Positions 28,245 through 37,177 of a stretch of DNA of 64,000 nt are shown here, piece after piece. A program made the translations under genes and the position numbers. How positions within the stretch are numbered: position 1 is the stretch's first letter; every line of letters begins with the position of its first letter. The notes below the pieces were generated by a model. The model searched no databases. It had not been told where the DNA came from and saw only the letters and a list, made by a program, of their open reading frames with translations. Source of the stretch: Candidatus Giovannonibacteria bacterium (lineage in GTDB: Bacteria > Patescibacteriota > Minisyncoccia > JACPKW01 > UBA11713); NCBI GenBank assembly GCA_016186825.1, contig JACPKW010000004.1:428-64427 (forward strand), given 5' to 3'.

Positions 28245-29852
28245 ATGAGCGCGCCCTATTCTTATTTGCATATCGCAAACGCGAAACAAATTTCTGGAAA
28301 AGACCGGTGGCTATTGCGCGTGCTTGAAATTATTCCCGGCTTTTTTGCGTGGGGAACGCTATTGGGCATGGTGCTCGCATCCTGGCTCTGGCCTTTGGGT
28401 GCTGCCATTTTTATAATTCTTTTTGATCTCTATTGGCTCGTAAAAACAGTTTATTTGTCGCTGCATCTCCGCGGTAACTGGAAACGGATGCGTCACAACT
28501 TGAAAATGAATTGGGCCGAACGCGTTGAAAATCTGAAGTGGGATCATACCTGGCAAATTGTAATCGCGCCTTTTTACAAAGAGCCGCTTGAAATCGTTGA
28601 GGCGTTCGTAAAATCTATTGCAAACTCAAAGTGGCCGAAAGAACGGATGATCTTGGTTTTAGCCGCGGAGGAAAGGGCAGGCGCGGAAGCGAAAAATATC
28701 GCGGAAACCATCCGCGAAAAATATAAAAATGTTTTTTTGCATTTTTTAATTACAACTCATCCGAAAGATTTGCCCGGAGAACTTGCCGGCAAAGGTTCCA
28801 ATGCCGCATGGGCGGGGGAACAGGTTAAGAAGGTTGTTGATAGTCTAAAAATTCCGTATGAAGATATCATGCTTTCCTGTTTTGATATTGATACGCAAGT
28901 TCCTGATCAGTATTTTTATATCCTGACTTACAGTTATTTAACGACGGAAACCCCCGAGCGCACCTCCTTTCAGCCGGTTCCGGTTTATAACAACAATATC
29001 TGGGATGCGCCCGCTTTCTCGCGCGTAGTTGCGATGTCGGGAACTTTTTGGCAGATGATGCAACAAGAGCGTCCGGAAAGGCTGGCAACTTTTTCGTCCC
29101 ACTCTATGAGCTTTAAGGCTTTGGCAGAGATGGGTTTTTGGCAGAGAAATAATGTCTCGGAAGATTCGCGGATTTTTTGGAATGGGCTTCTATATTATAA
29201 GGGCGATTATAAATCGGAGCCGATGTCATATCCGGTTTACATGGACGCGAACATCGGAAAAAACTTTTGGGAAACCGTTAAAAATGTTTATAAACAGCAG
29301 CGGCGCTGGGCTTGGGGCGCGGAAAACTTTTCTTACGCGGTTTTCGGTTTTTTGAAAATTCCGGAAATCCCTCTAAGAAAAAAACTTTTTTTCACGATGA
29401 TTATGCTTGAAGGCCTTTGGTCTTGGTCTACGAATGCGCTTTTGATGTTTTTCTTGGGGTGGCTGCCTTTGGCGCTCGGCGGAGAAGCATTCAATTCAAC
29501 TGTGCTTTCGTATAATCTTCCCCAGGCAACGCGCTTGATCATGACGTTCGCAATGGTCGGAATTGTAACTTCGATTGTAATTTCGACGAGCATGCTCCCG
29601 CCGCGCCCTGGCGGCATAAAAAAACATAAATCTCTTTTCATGATTTTGCAGTGGCTTTTGATGCCCGTCACGTTGATTGTTTTCGGTTCTGTCCCTGCGC
29701 TCGATGCGCAAACCCGCTTGATGCTCGGAAAATACATGAGCTTCTGGGTTACTCCTAAATTTAGGAGTAACCCAGAAGCAGAGAAAGGGGTCGGGGAAAC
29801 GGGTGTTTCCACGTTGAGGAAAGCAGCGACGAGCGTTAGCGAGGAGCGCTGA
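28245..29852 (+). CDS. Processive family-2 glycosyltransferase (cellulose/chitin-synthase-like) integral membrane protein
   Basis: N-terminal TM pair, a GT-A domain with a DxD-like CFDIDTQVPDQ, the processive-GT2 motif QQRRWAWG (QxxRW), and 4-5 C-terminal TM helices. Start moved to 28245 (MSAPYSY) because the ORF-track start lies inside the tRNA. Confidence 0.7.
   Translation: MSAPYSYLHIANAKQISGKDRWLLRVLEIIPGFFAWGTLLGMVLASWLWPLGAAIFIILFDLYWLVKTVYLSLHLRGNWKRMRHNLKMNWAERVENLKWDHTWQIVIAPFYKEPLEIVEAFVKSIANSKWPKERMILVLAAEERAGAEAKNIAETIREKYKNVFLHFLITTHPKDLPGELAGKGSNAAWAGEQVKKVVDSLKIPYEDIMLSCFDIDTQVPDQYFYILTYSYLTTETPERTSFQPVPVYNNNIWDAPAFSRVVAMSGTFWQMMQQERPERLATFSSHSMSFKALAEMGFWQRNNVSEDSRIFWNGLLYYKGDYKSEPMSYPVYMDANIGKNFWETVKNVYKQQRRWAWGAENFSYAVFGFLKIPEIPLRKKLFFTMIMLEGLWSWSTNALLMFFLGWLPLALGGEAFNSTVLSYNLPQATRLIMTFAMVGIVTSIVISTSMLPPRPGGIKKHKSLFMILQWLLMPVTLIVFGSVPALDAQTRLMLGKYMSFWVTPKFRSNPEAEKGVGETGVSTLRKAATSVSEER
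29741..29778. repeat. 38-bp perfect palindrome inside the GT2 3' coding region, with a degenerate second copy at 29893-29918
   Basis: cttctgggttactcctaaa|tttaggagtaacccagaag is exactly self-complementary. ttctgggttacgctaaagtttaggcg recurs ~150 bp downstream in the intergenic region. Confidence 0.8.
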
Positions 29853-29996
29853 AAACCAAGAGGTTGTCAGGGAGGCGCGTATGCGCCGACGATTCTGGGT
29901 TACGCTAAAGTTTAGGCGCGAGCAAAAAACAGAAACGGGAGCAGGGGAAACAGTTTCAGAAAGAAAGAAAAAAGTACCGCTATTTCTCAAAAATAA

Positions 29997-32120
29997 CTAC
30001 TCGAAATGGAGTGATTGAGATTGCGAGTTGATGCGTTTGATAATTTCCGGATATTTTTCGAGCAAATCGTTTTCTATGATATTTCTTGCTTCTTCGCGGG
30101 CGGCTTCTACCATTTTAATATTTTTCAAAGCTTCCATTCCGACATCTGAAATGCCCCACTGCTTATCGCCCGTAAGCTCGCCCGGACCGCGGAGTTCGAG
30201 ATCAAATTCGGCGAGTTCAAACCCATTTTTTGCTTCCGTGAGCGCGATCATACGCGTCTTTGTTTTTTGAGTCACAGACTCCGTAAATAAAAAACAGTAC
30301 GGCTGATGTGTGGAGCGGATTACTCTTCCTCGGAGCTGATGGAGTTGCGCCAAACCGAAGCGTTCCGCGCCTTCGATCAATATAACTGTTGCATTTGGTA
30401 CATTAACTCCGACTTCAATTACGGAGGTTGCAACCAGAATATTTATTTTGCCTTCGCGGAATTCTTTCATAATTTTTTCTTTTTCTTTGGGCAGCATTTT
30501 TCCGTGGAGCATCCCGACTGAAAATTCCGGAAAAATTTCCATGGATAATTTTTTATGCTCAGTTTTAACGTTTTTCATTGAAAGCGCCAAAGCGCTTGTT
30601 CCGTTTCCGCTTTCTTCGATTCGCGGACAGATTACATATGCCTGCCTTCCGGAATTAATTTCCTTTCTTACATGTTCATAGGCGTGTTCTCGCCTCTCCG
30701 GGTCAATTATTTCTGTGATTACTTTTTTTCTTCCGGGCGGCATTTCATCTAGAAGCGTTAAATCAAGGTCTCCGTAAATTGTGAGTGCGAGCGTGCGCGG
30801 AATTGGCGTTGCCGTCATTGAGAGGAGGTGAGGAACTTTTTCAGAGTTCTTTTGCGTTAATTTCAAGCGCTGGTTTATTCCGAAACGGTGCTGTTCATCG
30901 ACAATCACAAGCGCTAAATTTTTGAATTTTATTTTTTCCTGAATCAATGCATGCGTTCCGATCAAAATTTCTATTTCTCCGTTAGCGAGCCACTTCAAAA
31001 GGGGAGCGCGCGCGATATGCGTGGGTTTTCCTGCAAAAGCCTTTGACGGATATTTTAAAAATTCCGAAGATGTAGCTAGCCCCATTTTAATGTTTTGTTT
31101 TCCAAAAAGACGCATGAATTCTTCGAAATGCTGTCGCGCGAGAACTTCTGTCGGAGCCATATAGGCAACCTGAAAACCATTTAATACCGCGGCGTAGCTT
31201 GCGAGCGCCGCAACGATTGTTTTTCCCGATCCGACATCCCCTTCGAGCAGGCGCGACATGGGTTTTAGTCCGCCGGTCGGATTGAAATCTTCAAAAATAC
31301 GTCCAAGCGCTTTTTTTTGAGCGCCGGTAAGTTCAAACGGCAACGTTTCGATTAAATCATCATTTTTTTCCTTTTCGATTTTAATTAAAAAAGAAGGGTG
31401 TTCATCGCGCTTTTTTCTGTAGCCTTGTCGAATTAATTGGATTAAAAATATTTCTTCAAATGAGAAACGCTTGCGTGCGGCTTCGGCGCGTTTCAAATCG
31501 CGCGGAAAATGGATTTCATGTAGGGAGGTTTTTAAAGAGGGAAGTTTATATTTTTTTAAAATCTCTTCTGGAATAATTTCAATCAAATCGCTATCCGAAA
31601 TTTTTTCAAAAATTCTTTTTATTGCAAACCGAAGCCAGCGCGAAGTAAGACCGCGCGTTTCAGGATAGACGCAAACGAGCATTCCCGATTCGCCAGTTCG
31701 TGAATTAAAATCAACTTCGCCCTGTTCAAAAACTGGGTTCATCATGGAAAATTTCCCCTCTTTTGAGCGCTTGATTGTTCCAGTAAATGTGTAATCCTGG
31801 TTCGGCTTCAATATTGCAGCCATATAGGGTTGGTTGAACCAAGTGATTTCAAGCGCGCCCGTTCCGTCTGAAACGAGTACCTTCGCGATATTAATTCTTT
31901 TTCGAAAAGTTTTTTTAGCTTCCGTTTTTATGACACGCGCGTGAATTGAAGCGCGCTCGTCTGGGATTAAATCCGCAATGGCCTTTCTTCCGGCAAATCC
32001 TTCATAGTACCTCGGAAAATGCCATAACAAATCACGAACGGTTTTCAATCCGATTTTATTCAAAATCACAATCTGTTTCTGGGTCAGACGAAAATAATTC
32101 GAAAGTGGAGAATCAAGCAT
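29997..32120 (-). CDS. recG: ATP-dependent DNA helicase RecG
   Basis: Wedge domain, Walker A GDVGSGKT, DEQHRFG and helicase C motifs. Start trimmed to Met at 32120 (MLDSPL) because the ORF-track start overlaps the tRNA. Confidence 0.88.
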   Translation of the reverse strand: MLDSPLSNYFRLTQKQIVILNKIGLKTVRDLLWHFPRYYEGFAGRKAIADLIPDERASIHARVIKTEAKKTFRKRINIAKVLVSDGTGALEITWFNQPYMAAILKPNQDYTFTGTIKRSKEGKFSMMNPVFEQGEVDFNSRTGESGMLVCVYPETRGLTSRWLRFAIKRIFEKISDSDLIEIIPEEILKKYKLPSLKTSLHEIHFPRDLKRAEAARKRFSFEEIFLIQLIRQGYRKKRDEHPSFLIKIEKEKNDDLIETLPFELTGAQKKALGRIFEDFNPTGGLKPMSRLLEGDVGSGKTIVAALASYAAVLNGFQVAYMAPTEVLARQHFEEFMRLFGKQNIKMGLATSSEFLKYPSKAFAGKPTHIARAPLLKWLANGEIEILIGTHALIQEKIKFKNLALVIVDEQHRFGINQRLKLTQKNSEKVPHLLSMTATPIPRTLALTIYGDLDLTLLDEMPPGRKKVITEIIDPERREHAYEHVRKEINSGRQAYVICPRIEESGNGTSALALSMKNVKTEHKKLSMEIFPEFSVGMLHGKMLPKEKEKIMKEFREGKINILVATSVIEVGVNVPNATVILIEGAERFGLAQLHQLRGRVIRSTHQPYCFLFTESVTQKTKTRMIALTEAKNGFELAEFDLELRGPGELTGDKQWGISDVGMEALKNIKMVEAAREEARNIIENDLLEKYPEIIKRINSQSQSLHFE

Positions 32121-32136
32121 TAGTATATTATAACTG

Positions 32137-32208
32137 CGCGCCCACGAGGAATCGAACCTCGATCTCAGGTTCCGCAAACCTGTACTCTGTCCGTTGAGCT
32201 ATGGGCGC
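32137..32208 (-). tRNA. tRNA with anticodon GCG (Arg-type)
   Basis: Manual fold: acceptor GCGCCCA/TGGGCGC, D-stem GCTC/GAGT, anticodon stem CAGGT/ACCTG with loop TTGCGGA, T-arm CGAGG-TTCGATT-CCTCG. Confidence 0.65.
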
Positions 32209-32235
32209 ATATTGCAATTAACAAAAACAAGTGTA

Positions 32236-32739
32236 CTAGAATCTGAAGAATCTCGCAATCGTTTCAGAGAGCGGCTCATGGATTTCTTTTTCCTCCAAGA
32301 ATTTCAGGAGGTGCTCGCGGATCTGATTTGGGTTAGCGTTCCCGAGCGGAATAGAAATCTGCGGCATGAAAACTTTTTTCGAGATGATGTAAAGTTCCTT
32401 AACATGCGGCGGATCGTAATTTAACCAGAAAGATTTCAAATTATCGAAAGGATATAAAACTTTTCCAATTTTGAGGCCTCTAGATGTGATTGCGAATGAA
32501 ATTACGCGCGGGCGCTTTGCGCCGTACATGGAAAAACTCAAGCCCGCGAGCAAAATTAATATTGCGAAGAGAAAATTTTGAAGAATAATTGCAACCGCGA
32601 AAAATGCGATTGTAACAATTCCCACCGCCCAATACCAGTCAGAGCGCTTTTCATGATATTCAAATTCCGGAGCCTCCCAGGCGGAGAGCGTCAAAAAAGC
32701 GCTGGGCGGAGATTTTTCTTCTGCGTGATCTTCAGGCAT
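32236..32739 (-). CDS. Hypothetical membrane protein (two TM helices plus a PH-like/YdbS-like soluble domain)
   Basis: 167 aa with a TM hairpin WYWAVGIVTIAFFAVAIILQNFLFAILILLAGLSF. No catalytic motif. Confidence 0.5.
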   Translation of the reverse strand: MPEDHAEEKSPPSAFLTLSAWEAPEFEYHEKRSDWYWAVGIVTIAFFAVAIILQNFLFAILILLAGLSFSMYGAKRPRVISFAITSRGLKIGKVLYPFDNLKSFWLNYDPPHVKELYIISKKVFMPQISIPLGNANPNQIREHLLKFLEEKEIHEPLSETIARFFRF

Positions 32740-32762
32740 AATCCATTATAACTTATTTGGAT

Positions 32763-33590
32763 TTAATTTTGTCCAAATAGCGCTTCTTGGGTTTTCTTTT
32801 TTGGATAAGTAGGAGGTTCGCCAAAATCCATTTTTATATCGAGAGTGATTCCATAAGGTCCGTGATCCGAACCGGGCGTTTCCCTTTGAGTGAACGCGCT
32901 TTCAAGCGAATTTTCAAGTTTTTGAGAAATAAAGATATAGTCGATTCGCCACCCAATATCGCGCTCGCGAGCGCCAAATGCATAAGGCCACCAGGTATAA
33001 GCTTTCTTTTCCGGATAAATTTTCCGAAAAGAATCTATATAGCCGATTTTTTCGAGCAGGTCTATTTGTTTTCGTTCTTCAGGCGTGAACATGGTATTGT
33101 TCTCGTTTTGTTTCGGATAATAAAGGTCGAGCTCGTTATGCGCAATATTAAAATCACCGCAGAGCAGGGTTTCTCTTTTTGAGTATTTTTTTAGTAAAGA
33201 GAAAAGCTCCTTGTAAACGTCGAGCTTGTATTCCATATCAGATTTATCGCGCGCGCCGTTAGGAATATAAAAATTGAAAAGAGAAAAATTTTCGAAAGTT
33301 AATTTTAGGCATCTTCCTTCCGAATCGAAGCGGGGGATTTTCAATTCTTTTTCAACTTCGAGCGGCTTAATTTTCGAATATATTGCGACTCCGGCATAAC
33401 CGCGCCTCGAAGCGGAATTGAAATAGGAATGGTAACCGTCTATTTCAGTGAATTCTTGGGTTAATTCGCCAGATGAAATTTTTATCTCCTGCAGGCACAA
33501 AATATCGGGATTTTCATTCGCGAGCCAGTCTTTGAATCCCGCTTTGAATACGGATCGTATTCCGTTAACGTTCCAAGTAATGATTTTCAT
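32763..33590 (-). CDS. xth: Exodeoxyribonuclease III (AP endonuclease, EEP family)
   Basis: MKIITWNVNGIRS start, LCLQEIK, and a C-terminal SDHGP motif. Confidence 0.88.
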   Translation of the reverse strand: MKIITWNVNGIRSVFKAGFKDWLANENPDILCLQEIKISSGELTQEFTEIDGYHSYFNSASRRGYAGVAIYSKIKPLEVEKELKIPRFDSEGRCLKLTFENFSLFNFYIPNGARDKSDMEYKLDVYKELFSLLKKYSKRETLLCGDFNIAHNELDLYYPKQNENNTMFTPEERKQIDLLEKIGYIDSFRKIYPEKKAYTWWPYAFGARERDIGWRIDYIFISQKLENSLESAFTQRETPGSDHGPYGITLDIKMDFGEPPTYPKKKTQEALFGQN

Positions 33591-33667
33591 TACCTAATAA
33601 TATAATTAAGCTCTATCGATTAATAGTAGAATCGTTTGCGGATAAAAAATTCTGTTTTATAATTAAT

Positions 33668-33970
33668 ATGATGTCGCGTACGAAAAAAATTTTACTCGCA
33701 CTCTTAATCGTTTTTTTCATTTTTATTTTATTTCAATATATCAGGTTTCCCTTAAGTGATTTACTCTATTCAGATTGCGATTACGAAAATTATGCATGGG
33801 GAGCATACCGAAATAGTTGCACTTGTTTGGGAATAAAAATTGCTTCAAATCCTCCTGCTGGCACGAGAGATGCGGGGACGGGGAGCGGATGTGTAGGGCT
33901 CGTCATAAGTAAAGAATGTTTTGAAGGCGAAGATTCTTCCGGCCCTTGGAAAAAAGTTCCGTGCAATTAA
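33668..33970 (+). CDS. Small membrane-anchored cysteine-rich hypothetical protein
   Basis: 100 aa. N-terminal TM helix ILLALLIVFFIFILF, then six Cys in a ~70-aa ectodomain (CDY, SCTC, GCVG, ECFE, PCN). Confidence 0.4.
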   Translation: MMSRTKKILLALLIVFFIFILFQYIRFPLSDLLYSDCDYENYAWGAYRNSCTCLGIKIASNPPAGTRDAGTGSGCVGLVISKECFEGEDSSGPWKKVPCN

Positions 33971-33986
33971 AATTGCGGCAATTTTT

Positions 33987-34448
33987 TTATTTTGGAATTA
34001 GACCTATTTTTTGGAAAAATTCCTTTCCGCCCGGAATTTGTTTTACACTCGGTAATTCATCGGGGCCAAACCAGCGAATTTCCATCAAGTCGTCGTTAAG
34101 TTCAACTTTAATTTCGTCCGCCAGTTTGTCTTTGATATCAACTCTGAATCTATTAAATTCCATTTTGATTAACACTTTCTCACCTGATGACAAGGTTTTT
34201 TCTGCAATACCGCTGCCTTTTTCAGGAATTAAAATGGGGTTATAAGATGAAATATCAATTCCAACTTCCTCTATAATTTCCCTTTGCAGAGCTTGTTGTA
34301 AAGTTTCTCCTTCGTTTATCCCGCCGCCGGGGATGTGCCAACAATCGGGATATACGCCTCCTTTGGCAGGATCTTTTTTCCCCATGAGTAATTTACCATC
34401 TTTGCTGAAAATTAGTGCAGATACAATTGTTCTATGAATTTCTCGCAT
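33987..34448 (-). CDS. NUDIX hydrolase
   Basis: Nudix box GGGINEGETLQQALQREIIEEVG. Confidence 0.8.
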   Translation of the reverse strand: MREIHRTIVSALIFSKDGKLLMGKKDPAKGGVYPDCWHIPGGGINEGETLQQALQREIIEEVGIDISSYNPILIPEKGSGIAEKTLSSGEKVLIKMEFNRFRVDIKDKLADEIKVELNDDLMEIRWFGPDELPSVKQIPGGKEFFQKIGLIPK

Positions 34449-34518
34449 GGGTTCAGATCCCTTTGGATAGATTAAATTTTTTCATGCGGACTTTGTCCGC
34501 CGAAGCCGCGGGCGAAAG

Positions 34519-34605
34519 CGGAGGGTGGAGGATTCGAACCTCCGAGGGGATTGCTCCCCAACTGGTTTTCAAGACCAGCGCTATAGACCGCTCAGCCAAC
34601 CCTCC
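34519..34605 (-). tRNA. tRNA-Ser (anticodon UGA), type II
   Basis: Manual fold: acceptor GGAGGGT/ACCCTCC, anticodon stem CTGGT/ACCAG with loop CTTGAAA, a long variable arm and T-loop GGTTCGAAT. Confidence 0.85.
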
Positions 34606-34675
34606 GTGGTGTCTATTTTATAAACTCTTTTTCGGATTTTTTCAAGCCGAATATATAATATATATTTTATATATA

Positions 34676-35179
34676 TTATTTTCCGTTGAATTTTACTGTT
34701 GACGGATCTTCGCCTTTCAGGATTTTATCAACCATTTCGATTTCTTCGCGGATGCCGTCGATAAGATCGTATTTTTTTGATTCTTCGAAATCAATCCAGG
34801 CGTAATCAACCGATTCTGAATTTATTTTAACTTCTCCGGATTTGTACGGCGCATAAAAACTCAAAGTGATGACTGGCATTTTATCAGGCCGGATAAAAGC
34901 TAAATCCAAGAGATAATTTACTTTGCCGATTTCAATTCCGACCTCTTCGGTTACCTCGCGCCTGAGCGAATTTTCAAGCGCGAAATACCAAATATTATTT
35001 TTGGTAGTTGGAGGGGTGTTAACGTAGTCGTCGGTTTCGAGCCCGCCCCCCGGCACAGTCCATCTTCCCGGAAATACTTTTTTGTCAGGCGCGCGTTTTG
35101 TGATCAAAAATTTCCCGTTCTTCTCAATGATAGCGGTAGATACAATCCTATGCAGTTCGCGGTTTTCCGGCAGTTCCAT
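34676..35179 (-). CDS. NUDIX hydrolase (paralog of 33987..34448)
   Basis: Nudix box GGGLETDD...REVTEEVG with an insertion in the loop before the box. Confidence 0.8.
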   Translation of the reverse strand: MELPENRELHRIVSTAIIEKNGKFLITKRAPDKKVFPGRWTVPGGGLETDDYVNTPPTTKNNIWYFALENSLRREVTEEVGIEIGKVNYLLDLAFIRPDKMPVITLSFYAPYKSGEVKINSESVDYAWIDFEESKKYDLIDGIREEIEMVDKILKGEDPSTVKFNGK

Positions 35180-35263
35180 TATTGAATTATAAAATAATGC
35201 GAGAAAGATTTCACCTTTTTTATATCCCTAAACACAACCCACCGCTTGAGCTAACATAAGGAC

Positions 35264-36253
35264 GTGAAGATAAAAAGAGAATTGGCTCTTATTGGCTTGA
35301 TTATTATTGCTGGAGTTGCAATCTGGATATTTTCAAAGAACCGCTCCGAAAATGAAATTAAGAAGATAGAGCAGGAAACAGAGGATGCAGTTTTAACTAT
35401 TGCCGAGCCTATTGGCGGAAATTTGACGTTTGGGCCGTTGTATGTTTCTGCAGATGAAGAATACGGCACATTTGTAAGATATATTGCTTCAAAACTTGGG
35501 GACTATGGAATAAAAGAAGGAAAGTTTATTGCAGTTCAAAATCCTTACGAAGCTAGTGTGCTCCTAAGGCAGGGGAAATTGGACATTTATGTTGACAGCC
35601 CTTTTCCAGCTTATATTGTTTCAAAACTTACAGGATCCGAACCGATTGTTAACCGTTGGAAAAGGGGAAATGAAAAATATCACAGCGTTATTTTTGTAAA
35701 AAAAGAAAGCGCGATTAAAACGCCTGAGGACTTGAAAGGTAAGATGGTCGCATTTGAAAAACCGGATTCTACTTCCGCTTATTTTTTACCGAAAGCTGAA
35801 CTAATTAAGAGAGGATTTAAACTCACTCAAAAAACTGGACCGAATGATCCGGTTGCACCTGACGAGATCGGTTATTATTTCACAAACCGCGATTTAAAAA
35901 CCGTAACTGATGTAATTGAAGAAAAGGCCGACGCAAGCGCGGAGAATGAGCAAGATTTTCTCATAATCTTAAAAGATTTAGAATTCACAAAAAGAGATGA
36001 TTTCAGGTTTATTTTTCAGAGCATCGATGTTTTCAGGCATGTTTTTGTATTAAGAGCCGGAATGGATCCGAAGCTGAAGGAAGCCATCATAAAAATTTTA
36101 GTTGATATGGATAAAACCCCCGAAGGCCAAGAAATTCTAAATAAATTTAAGAAGACCAAGAAATTTACTCTTTTTGAGCCTAATGCAGATGTAGCTTTTG
36201 CGGGCATTAAAGAACTTGCTGGTTTGGTAGAAAAAGAAATCATTGGCAAGTAA
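35264..36253 (+). CDS. Membrane-anchored periplasmic-binding-protein-like sensor/binding protein (PhnD/SsuA phosphonate-binding family-like)
   Basis: 329 aa. N-terminal TM anchor, then a two-lobed PBP fold resembling phosphonate-binding domains, a family that often serves as the sensor module of HAMP proteins. Confidence 0.6.
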   Translation: MKIKRELALIGLIIIAGVAIWIFSKNRSENEIKKIEQETEDAVLTIAEPIGGNLTFGPLYVSADEEYGTFVRYIASKLGDYGIKEGKFIAVQNPYEASVLLRQGKLDIYVDSPFPAYIVSKLTGSEPIVNRWKRGNEKYHSVIFVKKESAIKTPEDLKGKMVAFEKPDSTSAYFLPKAELIKRGFKLTQKTGPNDPVAPDEIGYYFTNRDLKTVTDVIEEKADASAENEQDFLIILKDLEFTKRDDFRFIFQSIDVFRHVFVLRAGMDPKLKEAIIKILVDMDKTPEGQEILNKFKKTKKFTLFEPNADVAFAGIKELAGLVEKEIIGK

Positions 36254-37164
36254 TGCCATTTTTTATTAAAAACCTTTCTTTTCGAAACAAACTTCTCTTC
36301 AGCTTTTCTTTGATTATTTTAGTTTTTTTGCTTTGCGCCTTTCTTTATCTAAGGTCGGCTGAGAAACTTAACCGCCTTTTTTCGGAGCTTGAAAGGGAAT
36401 ATAAAATATTGAATTTAATGTCTTACTTGGAGTCCCGCAATAAAAAACTTGGCGATTATGTTGAGGATTATATTGAAACAGGAGAGCAGAATATAGAACT
36501 TTTATATGATAAAACCTCGCTCGAATTTGATAATACAATCCAAGAGCTTAATATGTTGGAAAATAATGAAGAATATTTATCAGAAGTCAGCCAGTTTAAG
36601 AGTCTCATAAACGATTTGAAAGGGACCGAACTTTTGATATTGTCTAAAGTTCGTGAAGGAGATCCGGTTCTGGCGCTCCAGTACTTTGAAGATAACTATG
36701 ACGAAAGAAAGAGAGCGGCTTCACATCTTGCGGTCGCGATTGTTGAGAAAAAATTAGGCGAAGTTTCAAAAAAAATTGCGGAAGGCAACAATATTGCGGA
36801 TAATACCAGAAACATATTGCTATCCATGCTGATCTTTGCGGGAAGTTTTATGATTTTCGTTGCTTTTTTGCTCGCTTCCTATATTTCTCGGCCGATAAAA
36901 AAATTAGTCGATGCTGTTATTAAAATTGGTGAAGGGGATTTAAAAACAAGGGTGGATATTAATTCCAACGATGAGATTGGAATATTGGCTAAGGAATTTA
37001 ACCGGATGACTGCGAAGTTGGAGAAGTCCTATGAAAATTTGGAGAGCAAGGTCAAATCAAGAACGGAGGAGCTTGAAGAAAAAGTCGATGAACTCGAAAA
37101 CATTCGCGAAGGAATGGAGCGAGCTGTTGAAACTTTAGATGAAGTTAGGACCTTGTCGAAATAG
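36253..37164 (+). CDS. HAMP-domain signalling protein with no recognisable output domain
   Basis: 303 aa. TM1, a helical extracytoplasmic domain, TM2, then HAMP (IKKLVDAVIKIGEGDLKTRVDINSNDEIGILAKEFNRMTAKL) and a coiled-coil tail. The start overlaps the upstream stop by 1 nt. Confidence 0.7.
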   Translation: MPFFIKNLSFRNKLLFSFSLIILVFLLCAFLYLRSAEKLNRLFSELEREYKILNLMSYLESRNKKLGDYVEDYIETGEQNIELLYDKTSLEFDNTIQELNMLENNEEYLSEVSQFKSLINDLKGTELLILSKVREGDPVLALQYFEDNYDERKRAASHLAVAIVEKKLGEVSKKIAEGNNIADNTRNILLSMLIFAGSFMIFVAFLLASYISRPIKKLVDAVIKIGEGDLKTRVDINSNDEIGILAKEFNRMTAKLEKSYENLESKVKSRTEELEEKVDELENIREGMERAVETLDEVRTLSK

Positions 37165-37177
37165 CTTTTTATCTTCA

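Noticed and set aside
32121-32177. N-terminal 19 codons of the recG ORF overlapping the tRNA at 32137-32208
   Set aside because: Overlap with a tRNA on the same strand is implausible. An internal Met at 32120 gives a normal RecG N-terminus.
34606-34680. (TA)n-rich ATATATAATATATATTTTATATATATTA stretch as a CRISPR or repeat array
   Set aside because: It is a simple AT dinucleotide low-complexity promoter spacer with no repeat-spacer periodicity. No CRISPR arrays occur anywhere in the window.
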